Origin: Candidatus Poriferihabitaceae bacterium
GTDB taxonomy: Bacteria > Pseudomonadota > Gammaproteobacteria > Arenicellales > Poriferihabitantaceae
Assembly: GCA_965243285.1 (NCBI GenBank)
Contig: OZ251537.1
Coordinates: 570,387-634,386, forward strand
DNA: 64,000 nucleotides
Direction: 5' to 3'
Shown one piece after another: positions 40,203 through 50,202 of the stretch (positions within the stretch are counted from its first letter, which is position 1; every line of letters begins with the position of its first letter). The position numbers and the translations under genes were made by a program. The notes beneath the pieces are model-generated. The model did no database searches. It was not told the origin of the DNA and saw nothing but the letters and a program-made list of their open reading frames with translations.

Positions 40203-42713
40203 ATGAAATCCGAGGCTAAAGTGGTTGTTATCGGCGGCGGCGTGGTTGGCGTTAGTACGCTTTATCATCTGGCTAAAAAGGGCTGGAGCGATGTGGCGTT
40301 GGTGGAGCGGCGGGAGTTGACCTCCGGCTCTACCTGGCACGCTGCTGGCTTGTTGCCGCTGTTTAATATGAGTTATTCGGTGGGCAAGTTGCACCAATAT
40401 TCGGTGGATTTTTATCAGGCGTTGGAGCGCGAGACCGGGCTGTCGGTGGGCTTTAGCCAGGTCAGCAATATCCGCCTGGCGTGCACTGAAGAGCGCATGG
40501 ATGAATATCGCTATTACGCCGGGGTGGGCAAAACCGTGGGCGTGGACATCAAATTCCTAAGCCCCGATGAGGTCGGGGAAATCTGGCCGATGTGCAACAC
40601 CGCCGGCTTGCTCGGCGCCATTCAGCACCCTCAAGACGGCTACATTCAGCCCAATGATTTGACCACCGCACTGGCCAAAGGGGCGCGTAATTTAGGCGCG
40701 CAAATTTATCGCCACACCACCGTCACCGCCATCGAACGCCGCGCCGATGGCTGGCTGGTGCGCACCGATAAGGGCGACATAGCGTGCCAGCATGTGGTCT
40801 CGGCCAGCGGCAATTTCGCCCGCCAAACCGGCGCCATGGTGGGGTTGGATGTGCCGGTGATTCCGGTGCAACATCAATACATCGTCACCGAGCCGCACCC
40901 GGAGATTTTGGCGCGTCGCGCCAAAGGTTTGCCCGAGCAGGGCGTATTGCGCGAATCCGACGCTGGCTATTATCTGCGCGAAGAGGCCGGCGGCATGATT
41001 CTCGGCATCTATGAGCGCGGCGCGCCGTGTTGTTATGTGGATGGGCCGGCGGTTGATTGCGAAAATGAACTTTTCCCCGACGAATTAGAGCGCCTCGAGC
41101 CGCATATCAAGGCCTGCATCAAGCGCGTGCCGGCGTTCGGTGAGGTCGGCATGAAGCAAATCTACAACGGCGCGATTGCTTATACCCCGGATGGCAATCC
41201 CATCGTCGGTCCGGCCTGGGGATTGCCGAATTTTTGGCTCAACGAAGGGCATAGTTTTGGCATCACCGCCGCCGGCGGCGCCGGCTGGCAGTTGGCGGAG
41301 TGGATGGTAAGCGGCGAGCCGACGGTGGACATGATGGGCGTGGATCCGCGCCGTTTCGGGCCCTACGCCGGGCGTGGTTACTTGCGCGAAAAAAATGAGG
41401 AAGCCTATCGCAATGTGTTCACCAATCACTTTCCGGACGAAGAACGCGCCGGCGCCACGCCGCTGAAAACCTCGCCGTGCTATGACCGCATGCGCGATTT
41501 GGGCGCGGTGTTCGGGCATTTATACGGCTGGGAGCGGCCGAATTGGTTTGCCCCGCCCGAGTATGAATTGCCGGCGAGTGAAATCGGCAGCGGCGAGGTT
41601 TTGCTCAACACCAACACCTCGCCGCCATTGGCGGATGGGCGCGTGGTCGAGCGCTATTCCTTCCGCCGCTCGAATTATTTCCCCTTTGTCGGCGCCGAAT
41701 GTTTGCATGTGCGCGACCATGTCGGATTGTTGGATATGTCGGCCTTTTCCAAATTTTTGGTGCGTGGCGATGGCGCCGGGCAGTGGTTGGAAGCGCTATT
41801 TTGCAATCGCATCCCCAAAACCATCGGCCGCGTCGGGCTGTGCCATATGCTGGCCAAAAATGGCGGCGTGCGCGCCGAATTCACGGTGTGCAAAGTGGGC
41901 GAAAATCACTATTATCTGGTCTCGGCCGGCGCCATGGAGCGCCATGATTGGGATTGCTTGGGCAAAAATCTGCCGGCCGATGGCAGCGTGCGCATCAGCA
42001 ACATCACCACCCAAAACGGCGTGTTGGTGCTGGCCGGGCCACAATCGCGCGCGTTGCTGCAAAAACTCACCGATACGGATTTGAGCGGCGACAATTTCAA
42101 GTGGCTAACGGCGCAAACCATCAACCTCGGGGCCGCCACGGCGCGCGCCTTGCGGGTCAATTTTGTCGGCGAACTGGGCTTTGAGTTACACCACCCCATC
42201 GAGATGCAGAATTACATTTTCGATCAATTAATGGCCGCCGGGGCGGAATTCGACCTCAAACCGTTCGGCATTCGCGCCATGGATTCCATGCGCTTGGAAA
42301 AATCCTACCGCCTCATCGCGCGCGAGATGTCCATCGAATACGCGGCGCTGGAATCCGGCTTAGAGCGCTTTGTGCGCCTCGATAAAGAGACCGACTTCAT
42401 CGGCAAAACCGCCTTGCTGGCGTGGCAAAAACGCGGCTTCGAAAACGCCTTCGTCACCTTAGCGGTGCACGATGTGACCGATGCCGATGCGCGCGGCTCC
42501 GAAGCGCTGTACCAAAACGGCGCATTGGTCGGGCGCGCCACCTCCGGCGGCTATGGTTTTCGCGTGCAAAAATCCATGGCCTTAGGTTTGGTGAAAACCG
42601 AGTTGGCGAAAATCGGCACCGAACTGGAGATCGAAATCCTCGGCAAAACCTATCCGGCCACGGTTATCGAGGAATCGCCCTACGACTCAGGCAATCGCGC
42701 GCTGCGGGCCTAA
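40203..42713 (+). CDS. dimethylglycine/sarcosine dehydrogenase-like FAD oxidoreductase fused to a GcvT aminomethyltransferase domain
   Basis: KVVVIGGGVVGVSTLYHLAK dinucleotide fold. 836 aa with a C-terminal folate-binding GcvT-like region. Confidence 0.8.
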   Translation: MKSEAKVVVIGGGVVGVSTLYHLAKKGWSDVALVERRELTSGSTWHAAGLLPLFNMSYSVGKLHQYSVDFYQALERETGLSVGFSQVSNIRLACTEERMDEYRYYAGVGKTVGVDIKFLSPDEVGEIWPMCNTAGLLGAIQHPQDGYIQPNDLTTALAKGARNLGAQIYRHTTVTAIERRADGWLVRTDKGDIACQHVVSASGNFARQTGAMVGLDVPVIPVQHQYIVTEPHPEILARRAKGLPEQGVLRESDAGYYLREEAGGMILGIYERGAPCCYVDGPAVDCENELFPDELERLEPHIKACIKRVPAFGEVGMKQIYNGAIAYTPDGNPIVGPAWGLPNFWLNEGHSFGITAAGGAGWQLAEWMVSGEPTVDMMGVDPRRFGPYAGRGYLREKNEEAYRNVFTNHFPDEERAGATPLKTSPCYDRMRDLGAVFGHLYGWERPNWFAPPEYELPASEIGSGEVLLNTNTSPPLADGRVVERYSFRRSNYFPFVGAECLHVRDHVGLLDMSAFSKFLVRGDGAGQWLEALFCNRIPKTIGRVGLCHMLAKNGGVRAEFTVCKVGENHYYLVSAGAMERHDWDCLGKNLPADGSVRISNITTQNGVLVLAGPQSRALLQKLTDTDLSGDNFKWLTAQTINLGAATARALRVNFVGELGFELHHPIEMQNYIFDQLMAAGAEFDLKPFGIRAMDSMRLEKSYRLIAREMSIEYAALESGLERFVRLDKETDFIGKTALLAWQKRGFENAFVTLAVHDVTDADARGSEALYQNGALVGRATSGGYGFRVQKSMALGLVKTELAKIGTELEIEILGKTYPATVIEESPYDSGNRALRA

Positions 42714-42714
42714 T

Positions 42715-42800
42715 TTTTAGCGGTGAAAATGGCGTTTTTCGCGGAATCAGCGAGATTTACGGCGAATCGGCGGAATTTATGGAGAACTCGCCAGCCTTAA
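42715..42800. repeat. short phased A/T-tract array between convergent genes
   Basis: TTTTTAGCGGTGAAAATGGCGTTTTTCGCGGAATCAGCGAGATTTACGGCGAATCGGCGGAATTTATGG. Confidence 0.6.
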
Positions 42801-42810
42801 TCCGTCACCC

Positions 42811-43434
42811 CTAAACCGCCACCACTTCGGCCCCCAACGCATCGGCGTCGCGTTGCTGATGGGTGGCGGTCAGCACGGTGAGGGCGTGGCTTTTTTGCAG
42901 CGCCAAAATCAGCGCCAGGATGTCAGCGCGTAGGGCTTCGTCCAGCCCATTGAATGGCTCATCCAACAGCAGCAGCGGTCGCTCGCCGCTCATGCAGCGC
43001 GCCATGCAACGCGCCAGCGCCACGCGTTGTTGTTGGCCGCCGGACAGGCTGTACGGCTTGCGGTGCGCGAATTTTGTTAGCGCAACCCATTCCAGCGCCT
43101 CGTCGATGACGGCCTTTTGCGCCGCCGAGAGGCGCAGCCCGGGGTGTAAGCCGATGGCGATGTTGTGGCGCGCGCTGAGGTGCGGGAATAAGTTGTGCGC
43201 CTGCAATAAATAAGTGAGCGGTCGCTCGGCCGGCTTTAAGCTAAGCAAACTGCGCCCACCGAATCTCACCTCGCCGCTGTGTGGCTGCAAAAAACCGGCG
43301 ATGAGGTTGAGCACGGTGGATTTGCCGGCCCCGCTCGACCCCATCAGCGCCGCCGAGCCGCCAGCGGCGAGCGTGAAATGGGCGCGGATTATCGCCTCGG
43401 GATAATCAAACCGCAGGTGGTGGATTTCAAGCAT
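42811..43434 (-). CDS. thiQ: thiamine ABC transporter ATP-binding protein
   Basis: MLEIHHLRF...GSSGAGKSTVLNLIAGFLQP...LSGGQQQRVALARC...LLLDEPF is collinear with E. coli ThiQ. Confidence 0.85.
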   Translation of the reverse strand: MLEIHHLRFDYPEAIIRAHFTLAAGGSAALMGSSGAGKSTVLNLIAGFLQPHSGEVRFGGRSLLSLKPAERPLTYLLQAHNLFPHLSARHNIAIGLHPGLRLSAAQKAVIDEALEWVALTKFAHRKPYSLSGGQQQRVALARCMARCMSGERPLLLLDEPFNGLDEALRADILALILALQKSHALTVLTATHQQRDADALGAEVVAV

Positions 43435-45061
43435 GGCGGTGGCTGGAGCGCGGCTTAATGCCGCTCTCCGAGGGCGATTTTGCCGCCGAATCCCGGCCGC
43501 CGAGTCGCTCGATAAACCAAAACAGGGCAAAGCACAGCAGGCATAGCGCCACTGCCGTCACCGCCGCTTGTTCGAGCCGATAACCGCCGAGCAAGCGGTG
43601 CGTAAGCAGCGGCAAGGTGGTGAGATTGTCGGTGCCAAATAGCGCGATCACGCCCATGTCGCCGGCCGATAAAGTGGTGGCGATGGCCAGCGCGTAGGTG
43701 ATGGGCTGGCGCAGCGCCGGCCACAGAATGCGCCGCCATCGATTCCAGCCGCTGATGCCGAGGGCGGCGCATAGATCATCGTAGCGGGCGCGTTGGGCGC
43801 GCAACGCCGGCACCACGATGCGGATGCCGAACGCCAAGGCGAGCAGCGCGTTTAGCAAGATAACCAGCAGCGGGCCGAGGGATAAGGCATCGCCATGCTC
43901 GACTGTGTTGCGAAAAAACACGAACAAACCGGTGCCGAGGGTGATCGGCGGCGCCATTAAAGTGAGCGCGCCGATAATTTCCACGCCGCCGGCCGCTCGC
44001 CGCCAGCCGCTGCGCTGCACGGTGACGATGGCATCGGCGACGGCTACCGCCGCAACGCAAGACAGCGCCCCGGCGCACAGCGCGATGAACAGCGTCTGGC
44101 GCGTCGCCCGCCAGAAATCAGCCGCCATGAGAATCGACCAGCCGCTCGGCGCCAGCGCCTTGCCTAACGCCGCCGCCAGCGGCGACAGCAGAAAAATCGC
44201 CGCCACTGTGATGACGGCGGCGTCGATGAATTTCGGTCGGCGGGCGGTGGAATCCGGGCGCTCGAGGCCGGCAAAATCACCGGCGCGCAAGGGAAAAACC
44301 CCGCCGCCGGCGAAAAACGCCACGCCTAAGGAGGCGCAAATGGCGAGTTGAATCAACGCCAGCGCCGCGGCTTTATTTAAGTCGAAATCGAAGCGCACCG
44401 CTTGGTAGATGGCCACTTCCAAGGTGGTGGATTTCGGCCCGCCGCCCAAAGTCAGCACGATAGCGAAGGAGGTGAAGCACAGCAAAAAAATCATGCCGCA
44501 CACGGCGGGCATCAAACCACGCAGCAGCGGCCATTCGATGCGCCAAAAAATATGTCGCGGCGCTAAGCCGTACAGCGCCGCCAGATTCCAACTGTGCTGC
44601 GGCAGCGTGAGCAATCCGTTGAGAAAAATGCGCGTCGCCAGCGGCAGATTAAAAAACACATGGGCGAGCAAAATACCGCCGAGCCCGTATAGATAATCGA
44701 GGCGCCCGGCCCCGAGCCCCTCTAACGCCTGATTGACCCAGCCGCGCCGCCCATGCACCGCCACCATGCCTAATACCACCACCATGCTGGGGATGATTAG
44801 CGAAATGCTGCTGATGCGGATGAGCAACCGCCGCCCAAAAAATCGCCCGCGCCGCGCCAACGCACGCGCCAACGGCACCGCCAGCACCACGCTCAATAGC
44901 GTAGACAGCCCGGCCTGCCACAAAGTGAAGCCGATAATCGCCCGCGTACGCGGGTTTTTCAGCGCGGCTAATACATCGACCTGCCCCGCCTCGGCCAGCA
45001 GCCCGGCAAAGGCGCCCACCATAATCAGCGCTACCGCCGCGACCACGATTAATCCGAGCAT
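43427..45061 (-). CDS. thiP: thiamine ABC transporter permease (two-domain)
   Basis: 544 aa, 12-TM duplicated permease. Overlaps thiQ by 8 nt as in thiBPQ operons. Confidence 0.8.
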   Translation of the reverse strand: MLGLIVVAAVALIMVGAFAGLLAEAGQVDVLAALKNPRTRAIIGFTLWQAGLSTLLSVVLAVPLARALARRGRFFGRRLLIRISSISLIIPSMVVVLGMVAVHGRRGWVNQALEGLGAGRLDYLYGLGGILLAHVFFNLPLATRIFLNGLLTLPQHSWNLAALYGLAPRHIFWRIEWPLLRGLMPAVCGMIFLLCFTSFAIVLTLGGGPKSTTLEVAIYQAVRFDFDLNKAAALALIQLAICASLGVAFFAGGGVFPLRAGDFAGLERPDSTARRPKFIDAAVITVAAIFLLSPLAAALGKALAPSGWSILMAADFWRATRQTLFIALCAGALSCVAAVAVADAIVTVQRSGWRRAAGGVEIIGALTLMAPPITLGTGLFVFFRNTVEHGDALSLGPLLVILLNALLALAFGIRIVVPALRAQRARYDDLCAALGISGWNRWRRILWPALRQPITYALAIATTLSAGDMGVIALFGTDNLTTLPLLTHRLLGGYRLEQAAVTAVALCLLCFALFWFIERLGGRDSAAKSPSESGIKPRSSHRHA

Positions 45062-45525
45062 GGGGGTGATGGATAGGAAGGTGGGGGTTGCCGGGTGGCT
45101 TTGATTTGCTTTTGCTGTTGCTTTTGCTTTTGCTTTTGCTTTTGGGCTTTTTCTTACTCCCCGCTGGGCGGGGAGTCAAATCAGGCGGCTCTATCGCCTG
45201 ATTTGGTGGGGAGGGGTGGCTCTTGATGTTGCTTTTGATGTGGCTTTTGATGTGGCTTTTGATGTGGCTTTTGATGTGGCTCTTGATGTTGCTTTTGATG
45301 TGGCTCTTGATGTTGCTTTTGATGTGGCTTTTGATGTGGCTTTTGATGTGGCTTTTGATGTGGCTTTTGATGTGGCTTTGGCTTTTTGCCTTTAGTCTTC
45401 ACTCCCCCCGCTTCATCATGAGGGGGAGTCAAAACTGGCGTCTTTTTGCCAGTTTTGGTGGGGGGGTTTGAGCTGGCTTTGAGCTTTTGATTTTGGCTTT
45501 TGATGTTGCCGCCCCCCATCATGCG
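45062..45525. repeat. cluster of MITE-type modules, including a 12-bp tandem array (TGATGTGGCTTT)~13 at 45225-45375
   Basis: GCTTTT arms and two hairpin modules (45175-45215 CAAATCAGGCG type; 45420-45460 CAAAACTGGCG type). Abuts the thiP start codon. Confidence 0.8.
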
Positions 45526-45533
45526 TCAAGCCC

Positions 45534-45562
45534 AAAAAAAGCGGCGACTGGATGGTCACCGC
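45534..45562 (-). terminator. rho-independent terminator after the Type ISP gene
   Basis: Minus strand: GCGGTGAC-CATCCA-GTCGCCGC followed by T7. Confidence 0.6.
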
Positions 45563-45586
45563 TTGATGTTGTGAAGGTGGGGTGGT

Positions 45587-48500
45587 TTATTTTTCGATGG
45601 CGGCCGGGCGATTGGTGATGGTAGGTTCAGCGGCGAGGAGTTTTCGCCACTCAGCAGTTTTGGCGGGGTCCACGCCCAAACATTTGGCGGCGGCATGGTC
45701 TAATATTTTGCGCGCCGGGTCAGTGTGACATTGGGATATGCGTTCGAGGGGAGTGTCTTTGGTTTTCTCGAAGGCTTTGAGAAGGGGGGATAAATCTAGT
45801 GCCGGGTCGGGCAAGCGTATGGTTTTTAGATGCTCATATTCATATGCAGGCAAATCCAATCGGCCTGAACGACGATTTAACATTTGGATAATGCCAAATG
45901 TTGAGTTCATAAAGACCGCATAGGCTTTGGCTGTGTTTTTATCTTTGGCTTTAATCGGGCGAAATACAGTTCCTATTGCCGGGGTTTCACTATAAACAGC
46001 CATTAATCGGCTAGTGGTTGTTCTTAATAAGCACCCAATAAGAAAATGCGATGCTTTTTTTTGTGTTCTTTTAGCTTGCCTTTCTGATCCAGTCTTGGGC
46101 GTAACTTTGGTTTCTGGTTGACTATTGATGGTTAGCATAACGTTCGTTTTAATGGTGCAAAACGCATTGCCGTTTTCGCTTGGTTTTTTGTTAAAAAATT
46201 CATGTGTATCAGCGGTGCGAAATTGCATCTCAAAAGAATCGCCAGCGCTCGAACAATTCGGCAAAGTATTCATGTCCTCGGCGATATGGGCAAGGGCGGG
46301 ATTAAACCATTGTACCGGTGACCAATTGCCGTCTTTCACTCTTTCGGCTGGCCATAAGGTTCGAGTAAATGATTCGCTTGGCTTGCCGGACTGGATGGCG
46401 GCGATTAATTCAAATGCAGATAAGACCTCGGTGGGGTATTTTGCTAACTGAATAAATCGTGTTGGTTTAGGAGTACCAAGTCCGCGACGGCCAATAATCA
46501 TAGATGTGAAAATGCTATCAGCCCCGTTTGCAAAGTTTTTATGATATTTGTCATGCGAAGTGAGCACTATATCAATATGGAAATGTTTAGCCAGGTATTG
46601 GCGTTGCCCACGGGCATTTTCAGCAGTGCAAACCGTGGTAGGAACGATCATGCCAAATACGCCTTTAGTTTTATTAATCAGCCGGTGGACTACTGGAATG
46701 AAATACGGTTGAATACTTCCTTCGGCGAGTGCATGTGCAGAATCTGCTTCGTTATCAATCAAATGCTGACGAAGTTGTGTCAAGCGTTCACGCATGCTTT
46801 TTACGGTGGCATCATTAAAATGAGTATTTTGCTCCGTGGTTTTTGTAAACGGCGGATTGAAAATCATCGCATCTAAATTTTGCGGCGGGCGGAATTCTTT
46901 GCGGCGGCGCTCGGCGTCGGCGCCATAAATCACCTCGTCATCCAAATCGGCGATGCATACTTGCACGGATTCTTCCCCGGCCTTGCCCAATAATATTTCC
47001 AATGCGCCATGGCGTACATCCTCTGGTTTGTCGCCGGCGGTATTGCGCAATGGCCCGTGTTGCAGGGTATACAGATTCATGCCGCGATAATCGGTGTTGG
47101 GGGCGCCGATGGTTAAATTGCAAGCCGCCAATTGAATCGCCTGTAGGTTGATGTCGAAGCCGTGAATAACATTCTCCACCAAATGTTTGTGCAGGTGTTC
47201 TTGCTGGGCATCGGAGAGACCTTGCGCTGCGGCCGCTTTATCTTTGATGGCTTTCAGTGCCGCCATCAGCAAGGTGCCGGTGCCGCAGGCCGGGTCGGCG
47301 ATTTTTAATTTCTGCACTGCTTTTTTATCCGACCAATCTACGAAGGAATCGTCAAACGCCAAGCCCGCCAACAAATAGGCTGACCGGTTTTTGGTGTAAT
47401 AGGCACCAGAACTTTTGGCGGAACCCAAGATTAGGTGATACAGGTGGCCAGCGTGGTCGAAGCCCAGATCATTCAGGCGCTCGGCCTTGGTCATGGCGCA
47501 CATCGCCAACAATTTAATGGCGGTACGACATTTCTTGAGACCGATAAATTTTTGCATCAAGGCGGTGGCATCTTGAAAAATTGGGCGGTAATCCTTTTCC
47601 AAAATGGTAAGCCATGCGGCATAAAAGGCGGTCGCAGTCTCCGCGTCGCGCTTCGCATCTTCTAAGTTGGTGAGGCCATATAAATTGCCGGTGGAATCTA
47701 AACGCTTATGCATGATGCAGGCGTTGACGATGAGCAGGGCGGCGGTGGTGCAACTCTCGGTGGCATTATCCAGCGGCGTGCCGATGGTCTCGGCGATGCG
47801 GTGGGCTACGCCGGCTTCTTTGAACATGGTAGCGGCTTTTTCCACCTCAGAAGCAATTTCATCGGCCACAGTTTCACCGGGGTTGTCCTTGATGCCGACA
47901 TTTTTTGCCATCTGTGCGGATAGGGCGTTTTTGGCTTGCTCGGTCAGCATGGGGATGTTATCCGGCGTAACCGGGCCCGATGTGGGCGGTGCTTTTTTAG
48001 TGCCATCGGGCTCATCCAGCACTTCACCCATCACCACATGTAACTTGGTGTCAAAACTGCCATCATGCGAACGCATGGCATTGAGTATCACGCCCAAGGA
48101 TTCAAAACGAGAGTTATTTTTCTGCAAAGTGGTCAACAAGTTCTCGCCCGGCGCCATGATCACCGGGGCGATGACATAGCCGAATTTTTTATGCGGGTTT
48201 TTGCGGTCGATGCGCATGGCACGGCCGACTGCTTGCACAGTATCCACCTTGCTTTGGCGTGGGTCCAAAAAGGCGATGGCGTTTAGCGCCGGCACATCGA
48301 TGCCTTCGGTGAATAGTCTGGCATTGCTGATGAGGCGTGGCTGCACATCATCGGCGTCTCGCAACCAATCCAAACCGGTGCGGCGCTGGGCGGCGTTATA
48401 GGTGCCGTCTAAATGCTTGGCATCGATGTCCAGCACCGAACGGTCATCGCTTTTTTGCGCCACCCATTTTTTAATGCCGGGGCTATTCACCGCTTTGGTC

Positions 48501-50023
48501 AGCCATTTAGAGCGGCGGATATTATTAGCAAACACGATGGTGCGGGCGATGGAATCCGGATGATCATCGCCTTTTATAAAGCCATTGATAGCCATGGCGA
48601 TAGCGCCTAAGGCGAGCACCGATTGCGCATCGGCTTCTTCACCGACGCCATCTTTATCGTCATTTAATTCGAGCAATTGATCGATTAATTCGGCGCTGAT
48701 AATTGACTCGGTCAAGCCTAAGGCGATGACACGGTAATCGCACAAAATGTCCGCTTCCACGGCTTGTTTGAAAGTGATATTGGCGAAGGTTTCGCCGTAA
48801 AAAATCTCGTCGTTCATCTCCACCAGTTGCTGATTTTCATCGGCGGCGATGTTTTTCTTAACCTTGCTTTCGCCATAAATTCGCGGCGTGGCCGTCATGT
48901 ACAGACGGTAGTCGGCACGCAGTTGGGCGGCGTCATGGATGGTTTTGAATCCCTCATAGGTGAAGTCACTTTCGTCGTCTTTTTTCTTCAATAGGCCGGC
49001 GGTGCGATGGGCTTCATCGACGATGGCTAAATCAAATTTCGGCGCTTGATGCTTATGTTGGGCCTCGATTAATTTCGGCAGGGATTGATAGGTGCAGAAA
49101 GTTACCTGGGCCTCATCGGCTCGGATGGGGCTGTTTAGGTAGGCGGCGATTTTTTTCGGCTCGGTAGTCACGCGGCCGGCGATTTCATTGGGCTGGATTT
49201 CTTCATTGTCGCCGGCGGTTTCGTCCGAGCAGATGACCAAGGTGCGCAAGCGACGAAGGCTTTGTTCCCGCCATTCGCGGCGGGCTTGGGCCACCAAAGC
49301 GATGGACGGTGCGATGAATAAGATATTGGCGGCGGTGTTTTCATCGGCCGGCGGAATCTGCTCGGCGATGCGCAAGGCGGTGAAGGTTTTGCCGGTGCCG
49401 CAAGCCATGATTAAGGTACCGCGACGGTCGCCATGTTTGCCGGGTTCGGCATTTTTCAAACCGTTTGCTACGGTATTTATGGCCGGCTTTTGTAATTTTA
49501 GGGGTTCATGGATTTTTCGAGGTTCGATGGTGAGTACGGTGTCGCTGTAATTGCGCATGTCGATGACTTTCACATCGTCAAAACCGGCATCTGTGGTGAC
49601 TGCATTGATAGAGAATCCGAGGGCGCCGAATACCAGCCATTTTTCTGCTATATCGGCCTGTTTGGCGGCGCCGATGAAGGTGGAAATGTCCTTCCATGTG
49701 ATATTTCGGGTAGTCCAAAATTTGCATTGAATGGCGATTTGGTAGCCATCCTCATGGGTGGCGATTAAATCCACGCCGATGTCGGTGCTACGGGGGCTTT
49801 TTACGCTGGTGATTCCCAGGTCACTAATCAACGGCAATGCCCATTGGGTTAATTGCTCAAACTTCTTGCCTTTCTCCACATTGGCATCAGAAATTTGGGC
49901 GAATTCATCCAACTTTTCACCAACGGTTTTACCGTCAAAATCATGCAATTGCAGGTGTTTTTCATACTCGGCGGCGGTGAATCCAGGGAGAAATTCCGAC
50001 TGCTTATGGGTTTTATTTGACAT
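45587..50023 (-). CDS. Type ISP-like single-polypeptide restriction-modification enzyme (Mrr-like nuclease + SF2 helicase + N6-adenine MTase + TRD)
   Basis: N-terminal PD-(D/E)xK-like DIGVDLIA...IAIQCKF. Helicase motifs MACGTGKTFT, VDEAHR, TATPR and QAVGRAMR. MTase motifs DPACGTGTLL and IFNPPFTK. 1478 aa, comparable with LlaGI/LlaBIII architecture. AT-richer than the flanks. Confidence 0.8.
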   Translation of the reverse strand: MSNKTHKQSEFLPGFTAAEYEKHLQLHDFDGKTVGEKLDEFAQISDANVEKGKKFEQLTQWALPLISDLGITSVKSPRSTDIGVDLIATHEDGYQIAIQCKFWTTRNITWKDISTFIGAAKQADIAEKWLVFGALGFSINAVTTDAGFDDVKVIDMRNYSDTVLTIEPRKIHEPLKLQKPAINTVANGLKNAEPGKHGDRRGTLIMACGTGKTFTALRIAEQIPPADENTAANILFIAPSIALVAQARREWREQSLRRLRTLVICSDETAGDNEEIQPNEIAGRVTTEPKKIAAYLNSPIRADEAQVTFCTYQSLPKLIEAQHKHQAPKFDLAIVDEAHRTAGLLKKKDDESDFTYEGFKTIHDAAQLRADYRLYMTATPRIYGESKVKKNIAADENQQLVEMNDEIFYGETFANITFKQAVEADILCDYRVIALGLTESIISAELIDQLLELNDDKDGVGEEADAQSVLALGAIAMAINGFIKGDDHPDSIARTIVFANNIRRSKWLTKAVNSPGIKKWVAQKSDDRSVLDIDAKHLDGTYNAAQRRTGLDWLRDADDVQPRLISNARLFTEGIDVPALNAIAFLDPRQSKVDTVQAVGRAMRIDRKNPHKKFGYVIAPVIMAPGENLLTTLQKNNSRFESLGVILNAMRSHDGSFDTKLHVVMGEVLDEPDGTKKAPPTSGPVTPDNIPMLTEQAKNALSAQMAKNVGIKDNPGETVADEIASEVEKAATMFKEAGVAHRIAETIGTPLDNATESCTTAALLIVNACIMHKRLDSTGNLYGLTNLEDAKRDAETATAFYAAWLTILEKDYRPIFQDATALMQKFIGLKKCRTAIKLLAMCAMTKAERLNDLGFDHAGHLYHLILGSAKSSGAYYTKNRSAYLLAGLAFDDSFVDWSDKKAVQKLKIADPACGTGTLLMAALKAIKDKAAAAQGLSDAQQEHLHKHLVENVIHGFDINLQAIQLAACNLTIGAPNTDYRGMNLYTLQHGPLRNTAGDKPEDVRHGALEILLGKAGEESVQVCIADLDDEVIYGADAERRRKEFRPPQNLDAMIFNPPFTKTTEQNTHFNDATVKSMRERLTQLRQHLIDNEADSAHALAEGSIQPYFIPVVHRLINKTKGVFGMIVPTTVCTAENARGQRQYLAKHFHIDIVLTSHDKYHKNFANGADSIFTSMIIGRRGLGTPKPTRFIQLAKYPTEVLSAFELIAAIQSGKPSESFTRTLWPAERVKDGNWSPVQWFNPALAHIAEDMNTLPNCSSAGDSFEMQFRTADTHEFFNKKPSENGNAFCTIKTNVMLTINSQPETKVTPKTGSERQAKRTQKKASHFLIGCLLRTTTSRLMAVYSETPAIGTVFRPIKAKDKNTAKAYAVFMNSTFGIIQMLNRRSGRLDLPAYEYEHLKTIRLPDPALDLSPLLKAFEKTKDTPLERISQCHTDPARKILDHAAAKCLGVDPAKTAEWRKLLAAEPTITNRPAAIEK

Positions 50024-50025
50024 GG

Positions 50026-50085
50026 GTGGATTTTAGTGGGGTGGATTTTAGTGGGGTGAATTTTAGTGGGGTGAATTTGACTGCG
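50026..50085. repeat. tandem 17-bp units (GGGTGRATTTTAGTGGG) upstream of the Type ISP gene
   Basis: GGGTGGATTTTAGTGGGGTGGATTTTAGTGGGGTGAATTTTAGTGGGGTGAATTTGACTG. Confidence 0.8.
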
Positions 50086-50202
50086 GGGGCGGGAATATAA
50101 AACCCACCCGCTTGTTCGTGTGCATCAGGTGGCAAAAAAGGGTGGCAAAAAAATCAACATCAACAAAAAATAAAACATCACCCAAAATAAAGTGAGAACA
50201 TC

